NCBI GenBank assembly: GCA_009602725.1 | Contig: WELB01000002.1 | Span: forward strand, 948,218 to 1,012,101 | From: Spirogloea muscicola | Taxonomy: Eukaryota | DNA length: 63,884 bases | Reading direction: 5' to 3' | In this document: positions 38,616-50,374 of the stretch, piece by piece | Position numbering within the stretch: position 1 is the first letter of the stretch | How the letters are laid out: each line of letters begins with the position of its first letter | Notes under the pieces: model-generated | The model's database searches: none | What the model was told of the DNA's origin: nothing | Seen by the model: the letters and a program-made list of their open reading frames with translations, nothing else | Made by a program: the position numbers and the translations under genes

Positions 38616-40113
38616 TCAGAAGTCGAGCTGTGGTGATGGAAATTTGCGCACCAGCATGTCAAGGCTCAAAATAGTGGCAGGCACAGTGGCTGCACGTGGC
38701 TGGTTTTGCTGCACCTCGCAGAAGGAGATGCTGCTGATGGTAAGGTCCGTACCATCAAGGTCGAGGCACAGGCTGCTGAAGAAGGACTGCAAACCTCGAG
38801 CAACAACCTCTGAACTATCCTTGTCGCTCCCCCAAACAGTCGCATCGCAGCAACGGGCCGTGATGTGAACGGGATGTTGAAACCCAGGGGGAGCAGCTTG
38901 CAACCGCACGGCATACTCAAGTTGGTCAGAATCCCAGATTCCTCGAAAGCAGATCAAGCCATCCGAGATCGAAGTTGCTCGCTGCCAGTGGACCTTTGTG
39001 CCAGGAAAAAATCGAAAACGTCGCCCCCTCACTGCTGTTGCACTGGCCCTCGTCATGAGCGGGTGCAAAAGGAAGTGGTCAAAGTCCTTCGCGTCAAAGA
39101 TAAACTTTGCACTTCCACGAGCAGCAGTGACAAGCATGATCACCTGCCTGCACACATACACATGCCAGCCAGATTCAGAAAGTCTGGCAGACAGGTTTGG
39201 CACCCTGCCTGAAGCAGAGGAAGGACTGAGTGCTCGGTACTTATGGAAGGTGGAAGGAGGTCTGAATGAGGTAAGCAGGTCACCCAGGAGGGAGGAAGGT
39301 GGATGAGTGCCGAGAGCGGGCAAGGCCCTGCATCACACACTAACAAGTGGTGGCCGCCTTGCAAATGATGGTGGTAGTATGGAGGGCAGAGCACGTGCAT
39401 CGAGGGACAGCCGCGAGGAGCCTTGCCTGGAGAGCAGCGCCCCGATGTGGATCTCGACGTCGTTGACAGCAATCTGCAGGTCCCGAGAGGAGAGACCGCG
39501 CGGGCTCCGCCTGCTCTGACAGACAGAAACAAGCCACACCAAGAGGCGCGCCCGTCACAAAGCCCGCTTATCGCAGAGGTGCAACAACCAAGCTCGGCGT
39601 CATCTGAGACGCCATGGCCCAAGATTTTAGGGGTCTCAGGATTCAGGGACTAGGTTTCTGGGCAGGGTTTAGGGTCATCAACAGCAGAAGATCCGGAAGC
39701 GCAGCAGTGCAAAGAGGGGCAGCACTGCCGCGCTCCGCGCCGCTACCGCAGGCCGTGCTTAAAAAGTATGCCGCGGGCCCACACCAGCCGCGGCCTCGGA
39801 TTTGGACGCCGGCGACGCGGCCCGCCAGCAGCGACGGGAGCGTGCAGTCGATCTCGGCGTCCACGGTCTCGTACGCCACCAGCCGGCTCTCCAGTGCCAC
39901 CGTCGCCACCCGCGCCAGCAGGTCGCCGGACTGTGGGGGGGTGGCCCACAGAATTAAGCGTCAGGCCGGCGCGGTCTCTCCATGGGCGGCCAGCTACGCC
40001 GTTGCGAGCTCGGCTGGCCTGGTGCCGCAGACCAGATCGGCGCGGACACGGCCGGGCCGCGGCTCCCCAGCAGGCGAGGCCGGCCGCCGTCGCCGGGGCG
40101 GCGGGCCGCGCGG
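38616..40113 (-). CDS. Uncharacterised, probably plastid-targeted protein (DUF2993/LmeA-like); start in the gap
   Basis: Transit-peptide-like exon, then |SGDLLARVATVALESRLVAYETVDAEIDCTLPSLLAGRVAGVQIRGRGW|RSPRGLSSRDLQIAV..|VIMLVTAARGSAKFIFDAKDFDHFLLHPLM..VRKFPSPQLDF*. Splice phases are consistent; the family assignment is tentative. Confidence 0.7.
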
Positions 40114-40675
40114 NNNNNNNNNNNNNNNNNNNNNNNNNNNNNNNNNNNNNNNNNNNNNNNNNNNNNNNNNNNNNNNNNNNNNNNNNNNNNNNNNNNNNNN
40201 NNNNNNNNNNNNNNNNNNNNNNNNNNNNNNNNNNNNNNNNNNNNNNNNNNNNNNNNNNNNNNNNNNNNNNNNNNNNNNNNNNNNNNNNNNNNNNNNNNNN
40301 NNNNNNNNNNNNNNNNNNNNNNNNNNNNNNNNNNNNNNNNNNNNNNNNNNNNNNNNNNNNNNNNNNNNNNNNNNNNNNNNNNNNNNNNNNNNNNNNNNNN
40401 NNNNNNNNNNNNNNNNNNNNNNNNNNNNNNNNNNNNNNNNNNNNNNNNNNNNNNNNNNNNNNNNNNNNNNNNNNNNNNNNNNNNNNNNNNNNNNNNNNNN
40501 NNNNNNNNNNNNNNNNNNNNNNNNNNNNNNNNNNNNNNNNNNNNNNNNNNNNNNNNNNNNNNNNNNNNNNNNNNNNNNNNNNNNNNNNNNNNNNNNNNNN
40601 NNNNNNNNNNNNNNNNNNNNNNNNNNNNNNNNNNNNNNNNNNNNNNNNNNNNNNNNNNNNNNNNNNNNNNNNNNG

Positions 40676-41130
40676 GAGGAGGTGGTCACTGCGGGGGTAG
40701 TCTGAGTAGTGTCGGAGCTTTTTCTGCTCAGCACCTCCCACTGCGTGGCCAGCAATGTGTGTGGAAGCGGAACTCTTGTATGCCTCAGTCACCACCACAT
40801 CAACCAAAGCTCGTGGGCCTCCGCCAGGTTGTACACCCACAATGTCCAGGGTGCGACGGTGATGGCCTCCCTGGGAATCCGTGGTGATGGGCATTACATT
40901 GCTCACTTCAACGATGGCGCGGTAGCCGGCGTCGCGCATCAAGCCCGCCAGGGCGTCCCGTAGGAGATTAAAGGGGGCAAGGGCTGTGAAAAGCCAGCCT
41001 GGAAAGAATTGACAAAGGTTCGGAGGGGGCCAAATGACGGAGGAGCCTAAAAGCGCCATGGCAGAACGGGTGTAGAATGGACCACTCAGTAGCTACAAGT
41101 GAGGAGCCTAAAATCTGACAGACTAGCAGA
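40676..41130 (-). mobile_element. CRE-like fragments (subfamily E RLE region plus subfamily G tail)
   Basis: NLLRDALAGLMRDAGY..RRTLDIVGVQPGGGPRALVDVVVTEAY..AEQKKLRHY. Near-identical to 42935-43095 in the opposite orientation. Confidence 0.85.
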
Positions 41131-41169
41131 CAGAGGGTGGGATTTAGGTCTTGTATTTTGTAGCGTAGG

Positions 41170-42335
41170 CAGGCCCATTACACTCACGCTGCGGACGTGC
41201 AGGCCGCCTCTGAATTAGAGGGACTGCTCAAGGACGATGGACGTGGCCTCACCCGGCTCCTTTTCATCAGCTCCCCGGGCGCGTCTGAGTGGCTAAATGC
41301 TCTGCCGATATACGAGTCCCTTTTTTTCCGGCTCTCAGATAACCTATTTCGCACAGGGCTCCATCACCACCTCGGCCTTCCCCCCCCCTTGCTTGGCTGG
41401 CATCCGCCAGTGCCAGTGTGGCCATATTGCTGAGGACAAGCTCGCTCTGGCTGCGCACATGCTGAGGTGTGGTGAGGGAGGTGAGAGCATTGCCTCCCAC
41501 GACTTACTCAAATGACAACTTTTGGAATTGTGCGTGAGACGGGGTATCATCCGGCGATGGAGGTGTTTGGCATCATGCCAATCTCCTCAAGGCGCGGCAA
41601 GCCGTCCTTGCGGCGTCTGGACGTGGTCGCCACCCCCCCGGGCGGTGGGCCTCGTCTGCTCCTGGACGTGGTACTGATCGACGCACACAAGGCTGGCGCA
41701 CCCACGTCAACCGTGTCTGACTGGGCCACGTCCAGCGCGGAACGCACGAAGGAGGGGCACTACCAGGACCATTCCCGAGGGGACAATTTTCATCCGTGTG
41801 CCATGGATATCTACGGAGGCTATGGCGTAAAATGGTCCTCCCTTATCCAGCATCTGGCCCGGCTGGTTGATGCGCGTCGTCAAAGTCGGGGGAGCAGCTT
41901 GGGCTACTCCAGCATTCCACAGGCCTTAGTTGCATACTATGGAATGCGGCTTTCGCTTAGTTTGCAGCGCTCGCAAGCATTGGCTCTTCATCAACGTGCA
42001 GGACGCGCTCTAGGTCAGGCCTCCGACTTTCGTGGTGGCGCTCCAGCTCCCCAAGGTAGCTTGTCGGATTTGTTTGTGCTCACCCGTGGGTACTAATGTC
42101 ACCTTAGGCACCTTAGTCTAGTTCTCCGTTCTATGTAGCCTTGTCAGTTTGCACTAGACTTTGCCTAGAAACTGTCTTGGCTTGACTTGGCGTACCTATC
42201 ATTTCATGCGTTCCGCGCGCCTTCTTGCTTTGTAGAGCAGTCCTTTTTCGGCACCTATTCCTTTTGGCTTTGATCTTTGTCCATTTTTTTGGGCTGGCTT
42301 TGCCAGCTCCTCTTCTCTATGGGGAGCACTTCCTT
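41170..42335 (+). mobile_element. Longest CRE-like fragment (subfamily D: post-RT linker, CCHC knuckle, RLE), frameshifted, plus a subfamily C tip
   Basis: SSPGASEWLNALP..RLSDNLFRTGLHHHLGLP / CQCGH..AHMLRCGEGGESIASHDLLK / RRLDVVATPPGGGPRLLLDVV..AERTKEGHY..FHPCAMDIYGGYG..RLSLSLQRSQALALH..LTRGY* (stop at 42096). No RT domain is present. Confidence 0.9.
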
Positions 42336-42394
42336 TCATATGAATGGTGTGAAAGGTGGCTGAAGGGGGCAGCTCATTGTTGCTCATTGCAGCC

Positions 42395-43830
42395 GGAAAG
42401 AAGTGGCACTCACAATGGGGGCAAGGGCTGTGAAAAGCCAGCCCGAATAGAATTGACATAAAGTTGTAAGGGGCCAAAAAGCGCTTAGCAGCTCGAAGGG
42501 GCTTGAAGAAGCTATGTCAGAACGGGGGGAGGATGGACCACTCAGTACTTACGAGTGAGGAGCCTCAAATCCGACAGACTAGCTGCCGGAAAACCATCCC
42601 CCTGACGAACGCCGGAGGCTGCAGCGAGAGCACAGCCAGCACGCAGATGCACGGCTCGGGCCAGGGACCGCTGGAGGGAGACCAATAATCTCATACGATA
42701 GACTTGAGCTCACGAGCCAGCGGCGTTGAAGTCGGCCGGCTCACCGCGCCTGCGGGACACAGCGTGCCGCGCAAGCCTGGCCAGCAGGTCGAGCCACTGG
42801 GACTCCAGAGCCCCCTTGCAGCAGCTCGTCCACGCAGGCCTGCTGCTGCCTGCTGCTGCAGCCCAACGCCGCAATCTGTCCCTGCGGATCTTCATCAGCT
42901 CTTCTGATGGTAGACTGTGGCTGCTCCCTTTTGTACAACCTGGCGGAGGCCCACGTGCCTTGGTGGATGTGGTAGTGAAGACCGAGGCATACAAGAGTTC
43001 CGCTTCCACAGACATCGCTGGCCACGCAGTGGGAGGTGCTGAGCAGAGAAAGCTCCGACATTACTCTGACTACCCCCGCAGCGACCACCTTCTCCCGGCC
43101 GCAATCGACACTTTCGGCTGCTTGGGTCCTCGCTTCCATACCCTACTTGAGAACATAGCGAGTCTGGGATATGTACGACGCGAGGATATGCTTCCAGCCC
43201 AGATGGGTATGCCGGCAGCCTATCTGTCATTTTTGCGACGTAGAGTGTCAGCTTGTCTGCAGCGAGCTCAGGCTCATGCGTTGCATCAGAAAGCTGGTCG
43301 AGCCTTGGCTGGTAGTTCAAGAGCTTGTCGATTGCCGTCCGGTATTCGAGCATCAGTTAGCGACCTCTATGTGCTGACTCGTTGTTACTGAGCGGGTCAG
43401 ATTAGCAGCAGGTGACGGACATTTGTCAATGTGCTTGCCTTTGTATATGGCCACACATGGCCTCCTATTCTCTTACTACACACGTTTCCTTGCACGTCCA
43501 CAGCCAGGGTGACGAACTCATCTGCAGCCGGGTGGTCGGCGTGTTTGGTTTCGCCGTGGCATGGCCAGCCCGCGAGGCAGAGCGCCCCGGGTTGGAGCGG
43601 TCGACCACATGTGTGGTGACCACATCAGCGATGATGCGCGCCCCGCCGCCCGGCGTGGACGCTACCAGGTCGACACAGGTCGACACCGGGTCGAAAGCGT
43701 TTCCTAAAGAAGAATCCATTTGCAAAACGCAAAAAGCAAAAAGAACACGGCCGAGGAGTGGCTCTGGAATGCCAGCCCAGAATATGGGAAGAACGTGGAC
43801 AAGGTCGGAAAAGACGGAATTTGCTTGCCC
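42395..43830. mobile_element. Further CRE-like fragments: G/F (-, 42395-42815), E (+, 42930-43490), another RLE piece and tip (-, 43495-43830)
   Basis: E: PGGGPRALVDVVV..PAAIDTFGCLG..RRRVSACLQRAQAHALH..LTRCY*. Minus piece: VDLVASTPGGGARIIADVVTTH. Hairpin tips at 42400-42445 and 43745-43780. Confidence 0.82.
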
Positions 43831-44422
43831 ACAGAAAGCCAAATGGACTCGGTTATAGGAGGCCCCGGTTCAAGGACTAAACCCGAACCCGACGATTTTG
43901 TTGACGAGGGCCCAGCTCCGCTCCGTTCGTCCCGTTCGGAGCGGACAACGGGGCCACTTGGCCGTCCGCCCGGCTGGTTCAAGCCGTACCCCCACCCTCC
44001 TCGTCTGCCCCACCACGCACTGACATCGTGAAGGCTGTCACCAGTTCCAAGACCTTGTTGGCCGCGCCCGCGTCGCTGCCCCTCCGAGACCGCGCCGCCG
44101 CCCGCCGTCGCCATCGCGGCCGCCGCCTGTCCCTCGTCGTCCGGCACACGGGCCCCCGCCCGTCGCGCCGTGGCGGCAGCGCTCTGATCTCTATGTTGCA
44201 CACTAGCTAAACTAGCTCGAAGCGGCGGCGGCGGAGCGGGCCCCCCTCGTCGCTCTGCCATTCCCATCGTGTTACAACCTGCAAGATCTTGGGTTGCAGT
44301 AGCTGCTTGTGCAGACGGCTAGAACAGTAAAGTCACTTAGACCTTGTATCCTAAACCCTGAACTTGGCGAGCGAGCGGGGCTCCATCCCGGCCCCGACGC
44401 ACGGGGCGGGCCGTGGCCGGCC

Positions 44423-46362
44423 ATGGCGGAACAGGGCAAGCCACCGGCGGCGCGCCGCAGGGGAGGCAAGGCAGCGACGCCCCGCCGCGGCGGCGGCCTG
44501 AGCCCTGCAGGGGCTGCGGCGACAGCCAGGGCGTCTGGGTCAGGCCGGGGGTCCTCGGCAAAGTCGAGAGCGCCCACAAGAAGCGGTCTGATTGTGTCGC
44601 CGCCTGAAGTGAATACCCACCAGACGCCGCCGTCTGCGACGAAGAGCAGAGGAGGCCGTAGGTGGGGCCCTTGCTGACCCTTGACTCAACCCATGTCGCG
44701 GCTTACTCCGTGCCCCTCAGTCCGGCGCTCAGCATTAAGTGCTCAGGCCTCTGCTGGCACTGTGCTCACTTGACGTCTGCAGCCTGCAGAGAAGTAGCAG
44801 CATCTAGGTGCAAGTGCAGCCCACCTTGGGCCGTTGCTCACTTGCAGCACGCTGATGCATGCTGCCCATGTCAACGACGTGCCCCTCAGCAGCAATCGGG
44901 GGCGTGGCAGAGGCAAGGGCGAAGAAGCTGCAGCACGAGCCAGTGAGGGGAACGGGCAGTCCCCCAGCGCCAAGCGCAAGCGGCCCCCTCTGGACGAGCA
45001 GAAGCGGGCGGCGCGCTTCCTGGCCAGCCCGTCCAAGGCGACGGAGGAGCGCATTGCGAGGGCGTACGCACACCGGCTGTACCTGATCGACCGCCAGACC
45101 GCTGTTTGTGGCACTGACAGCGTGCCCACCTCTTGTGATTTCCATGTTCTGGGCTCCACCGGCAACGTATACACAGGTGCTGGTAACTTCTTGTGTAGGA
45201 GGGTGTTGGCGAGCGACACTTGCATGTGATCCTGGATGCAGTTATTCTCTATGTTTGATTTCCTTGTGTATATACGTCTGGAGGCACCTCCAAGTCCACT
45301 TGTGCAAGGCACGCAAGATTGTATTCAAAGTAATGAAACTTCACCCTTCAAGTCACTGTGCAGTGACCATCTCAAGGATGCCACGATGCACCTGCCCCGA
45401 CAATGCGCGCGGCAACGCGTGCAAGCACCTGCTCTTTGTCATGCTCCGTGTCCTCAAGGTGTCCCAGGACAATCCGTGTATCTGGCAGAAGGCTCTCCTT
45501 GCCGACGAGGTCGCCAGCTTGCTACTCAATAATGAGAGCAGCGCCGAGCTGGCGGGCCTTCGTGCGAGCACGGGGGTGCTGGAGCGATTCCAGGCACTCA
45601 ATGGCGCAAGCACCAGCGCTGTCAGTGGGGCTGCGCCACCTAGTGCTGCTCCAAGGAAGCTCGAGGGCGACTGCCCCATCTGCTACGAGCCATTGGCCAA
45701 TGATTCTGGACAACCCAAGGAGCCTGTGGTTTCATGCAAGGTACAGCAAGCCCCATGAAGGTTCACATTGAAGCAGCTCAGTCTCTGTTCTCTCCAACTA
45801 ACATAAGCCGCAATCGGGGTTCTACATTGTGCTGACACAAAGCTCACTCGTTCTTGCAGGTCTGTGGGAATAACGTTCATCGCGACTGCTTTCAGCACTG
45901 GAAGTCCAGCAAGACTGCTGCAGGTGTTACATGTATTTTCTGTCGGTTAGTGCTCTGGATCGACCTCTGCCCTGCAGCCTGCAAACGCGTCACCAGTCAT
46001 AGCACAACCTTGTAACACAGACCACTCAGGAGCAGTTATTGGACTAGGCAAAGCCTTGTACAGTAGGTGCTTGTGGGCCCTCTGAATGTGTATCCAATGC
46101 TTGGACTTGCAAGTATTGAGTCTCACTGGTGTGCACTGTTTTGCCTGTCAGATCTCCCTGGCAGGACGAGGAGACACAGCCAGGGGTCAGCGGCACACTG
46201 CCAGTCGCCCGCAACGTGTTCCAGGCTAGGGCTGCTGGATACATCAATCTCGCTGAGTTCTCAACAGATACTCGTCATGCTAGTTCTAGCCTGCAAGACC
46301 TTTACCCAGACACTTGGCAGTGGATTGGGGCCAAGAGGAAAGGCAAGCGCAGGTTGTACTAG
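44423..46362 (+). CDS. SWIM zinc finger plus RING protein (MEKK1-N-like plant family)
   Basis: ERIARAYAHRLYL..FHVLGSTGNVYT|VTISRMPRCTCPDNARGNACKHLLFVMLRVL (SWIM)..CPICYEPL..C|VCGNNVHRDCFQHW..TCIFCR|SPW..GYINLA..*. First exon inferred from splice phase. Confidence 0.9.
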
Positions 46363-46845
46363 TGGTCAGTAGACAACTATCGATGAAACTCTTTTGCTGC
46401 AGAGGATATGTGATCAAGAATGTGCAACAGACTACCTGAGAAGTGTGGCCTTGGACCATACAGTGTAACGTCACTCTTGCTGATGTCTACCCCCTAAGCA
46501 AGCACAATGGACGCAACTGTGGTGATTGACGTCATGATATATGAAGTTGGGTCATCATGAGCATATGAACAGGATAGTGCCGGCCAAGGAGGAGACTTGA
46601 CTGCTAATGCCATCCCAACGATGGAGTGTGAGGCTCATCATCGCATCAGGGCTAGCAGATGTTGTTAATTGGGCTGCTCGACATCCTCCTTGTCACAGCT
46701 CTGTATCTCAGCCCTCTGCAATCACCTGCTTCTATTTGAGCTTCTATTGCAGTCCACAGACGAGCATTATTCGTACATCAGGTAAGATGTTGCGGGCAGG
46801 CATCACATTGATGTATAACCTCTAAAGGCTCCAAGAGCGCACACC

Positions 46846-49800
46846 TTAAGCTAGGCTATACACCATGCGATGGGCTAATTTGGGCCCGACTAAGGATGCA
46901 TAATGGTGTAGTTGCTTGAGTAATCTTCGAGCTGAGCTCTCAGAGATGAACATGAGAAGTTGCTGCAGAGTAAAGAAGCACAATAAATCAGCTGGGCCTC
47001 AGTGAAAGCTGCAGAGACTGGACGCAGAGATATGCAGCTGCTGGATGGATTAACATGCCGCATGCGTCAATGCTTGGTGGTGGTGAAAACACAACAATCT
47101 CGGTCTATATCATCTGGCACTGTCCTTGTAGAATGAGATTAAAATACCTGGAAGACAAGAAGCATGTTTTGCACAAGTATAGGGATCCCTCCAACAACGC
47201 CTGACATTTCTTCTGATGGACTGGTCTTTTGCACCTCCTCTTCCGACTGCCAGAGATCAACTGGACTCTCTGATAGTGACAGCTGTTGTCCTTCATCAAA
47301 TGTACTGAGTGCATGGCCACCCCTTTCAGGTGCCTTGCGTACTTCCTCTGAAGCAGCATCATGTCCATTGTGTAATATTGAGAGCCTTGGACTGGCTGTT
47401 CTTGGCAGAGCATCGGATATAACGGCATAGGGTTCTTTGTCTAGCATCGGGCTTGCCAAATTGTACGGGACCCACCTGGCGGAAATGCACTGAGTCGTGT
47501 GTCAGAGACACGTGAAGGCCAGCACATTAAACACACAGACACATAGGTGTCAACATGCAAGGATCTAACTCCAAGTCTCGAGCTTCATGGAGATCACTGA
47601 AAGCCCACACCCAAAGCATTCGGGCACAAAAAGGGCCTGTGCATACTCGTAACGGAGTGGGCAGAGCAAGTCGGATGGCGCGTAGGCTGCTTTGTATTTC
47701 ATCTTTGGGCATGTGTGTATGTAGTAACCCAGATAGTAATACTGCAGTGACTTGCAAGCCACTGATGCTCCTCGCACCCACTCAACTTCTTGAAGGGCGG
47801 AGTACTTGCCCAGAGACAAGAATGCATAGTCTGGATCCCAGAAGAGGTACTTGCTTGACAGGCACTTGGGAAGCACATCCACGACGCCGACAGCAACAAG
47901 GCGGCCATCAATCCTGTATTGTTGGTGGAAAGATCCAAAACCTAAAGAAGGACCACTGCAATCCTCAAGTTGTTGAACAGCAATGAGTGGACTGTCCACC
48001 AGAAAAGCTCTGTAGGAGGTGGGCGTCACCTTCTGGGGGTTGTCATTGTGCACTGCAACCTGCCATGAGCAACAACAAGCTGATGAGCTTTTGACATATG
48101 ACAATCAAACCTTCAAGGCAGCCAAGATCTCAGAGTCAAACTTCAACAGATTCCGCCAATTTCGGAAAGAGCATAGCTTGAAGCCCAAGCGCAGTTGTGC
48201 CGGTAGTCCCTGTGGAGGACCCATGTTACCTGGTACTTCTTATACAGCTTGAATTCCTCCTCAATGAAGCTCGACCTGGCCATTGTGACTGTCAATTCCT
48301 TGTACTGTGGTACTCCTGCATGACCTGCACTCGGGGCCTGACGCAGGGGCTGGCCATGAGGTGAAGCAGTGCTGTTGACCACGCCCACGTGATCTTGTTG
48401 CAAGTCCAAGGTCACATCTGAAGTCCTTTCTTCAGTGCCAGCAGACCGGAGTTCTTTACTTGCTGCTGTTTTTTGTGGATACCATGATGCTGGTCTTGAG
48501 AAATTGAGATGTCCCTTAGTCGCCACCACCTCAAATCCCCTCTTCTTAAGGGCTCCCACAAGAAGCTCAGCTAAAGCATCAGCGCCAGTAAAGGGGATCT
48601 TCCCTGTCAGCTGTGGGCCTGCCTGCATAAGTATCGGTATTCCAGGAGGTAGCTTCTGGCCATGCGCCTCAGCAGCTTCCTGTGTTGCAGATGGATTCAC
48701 GACTTTGGGCCTTCTATCTCTGGTGGCCCTCAGAACTCCAGCAACAGCCAGGGCAACACTGCAAGTATATTTCAGCGACTTTGAGCCCTCTTGCAACTTC
48801 ACTTGGGCAGGGACCGGACGCACAACTGCCCGAGGTGGCACGAAGTCACCTGGCAATGCAATCTCTCCAAGAACATCGATCACAACTGCATCCACGGCCT
48901 CAGAAATCGTCTTCACAGGATCAAGCTTAAACGGTAAGCCCTTAGGTGAAAGACAGGGACTCTCAAGTACCATGGTCTCTGCGGTGACTTTGGTGCAACA
49001 AGTCTCATGAAAAGTGCTGATGGCAGCCCCGTTTTCTGCAGTGCGCGTTTGGCTGTCAGCACCCTGAGGGCTCTCACAGGAAACATCAAGGGCACTGGCT
49101 TCATGCCGATTAGTGGCACCCGTCTGGCAGCCAACTCGCATCTCCATTGCCGTGCCTTCCTTTGCTGTACTGTTGGCTGCACCACACTGCTGTCCTTGCC
49201 ACTGGCCACTGAGATACCTGCGGGGGCACCCGCAAAAACTTCTTTGTGTCTGTGCTATAAGAGCAAGCTCCTTCTCCAGCAACTGACATTGGAGCAGCTG
49301 CCAAATACCACTAATCACGCGTGTGGCAAAGGGGGGACAGGGTACTTACTTCTGAAGGCGTGCAAGAACCCGTCGCTGTTCCTTGCTAGGCTTGAAAGAC
49401 TCCGCATGCAAGCGGATTGTGTAAGGTGGACAGCAGGTGTGCGCCAGGTTGGGCTTGTATAAGAACTTCCCGCATCTCCTCCAGCCACGATCCAGCAGGT
49501 CTGCTTCATCAGGCGTTCTGCTTCATCAGAATGGACAGGCGCGACCATCCTTCCTCACCCCTGGCACCTGCTCCTCTGCTGCTTGCGATGTGACCAGTAC
49601 CAGCTATCTAATGCTAATCATTTGCTTTGACTGCACCCCTGCAGGAACTCCATGATCTGAGAAACTCTTCATCCAGCTACATATGCTGTGTACTGCTCCT
49701 CATATACATAGCTGGCAACACTGTTGTGAAGTCAGTGGAGACAGTCGAACACGCACCCTGATAATCCTCGACCGTGAGTTTGTAAGTCTTCATCCCTGAA

Positions 49801-50187
49801 AGCAGGTGCAATGCAACAACCAGAGTCTCAAAGGCATGCCACAACATGTCAATGTTAACCATCATCAGCACAGCAAATAGTGCAAAGACAACAGAAGTTC
49901 TTGCAAAGCATGACTGGACCTGACGTCCCAGATCAGTTAGAAAGCGAAGGGCAAGCGAAGCAGCAGCAGCAAAGTCAGGACGTCCTATCTCGACATAATC
50001 AACCAAATGTAGCAGAGTCGGCACAGTCGCCTGAGGGGCTGAGCACTGGACGACATGGCCACGAAGCCGGCAGCGAGAAGGTACCATAGGACGTGCTCGT
50101 GTCGCCGGAGCTCCGGCAGTAGCCGCAGGGCTGCCAGTACTCGCCCTGCTCCTCCACGACGCTGCGCGCGGCCAGGTCCGCCGCCAT
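46846..50187 (-). CDS. ATE1: Arginyl-tRNA--protein transferase
   Basis: PCGYCRS, LTVEDYQ|DLLDRGWRRCGKFLYKP..CCPPYTIRL, EEFKLYKKYQ|VAVHND, GFGSFHQQYRIDGRLVAVGVVDVLPKCLSSKYLFWDPDY, YYYLGYYIHTCPKMKYKAAYAPSDLLCP, C-terminal VGPKLAHRMVYSLA*. Confidence 0.96.
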
Positions 50188-50374
50188 TGCAGGGAGCAGG
50201 CCGCGCAGGCGACCGTGCTGCGCCACGTCGCGGCGGCACTCGCCAGGCAGGAGGCTCGCTGGCGACGCCGCAAGGGAGAGCCGGCCGCTGACGGCGACGG
50301 CGGCGGCGGCGGCGGCGGCGGGGGCTCGCCGCCCCAGGTGGCTGCGGTGGCGGCGACCGGCGGTCGCGGCGGCC

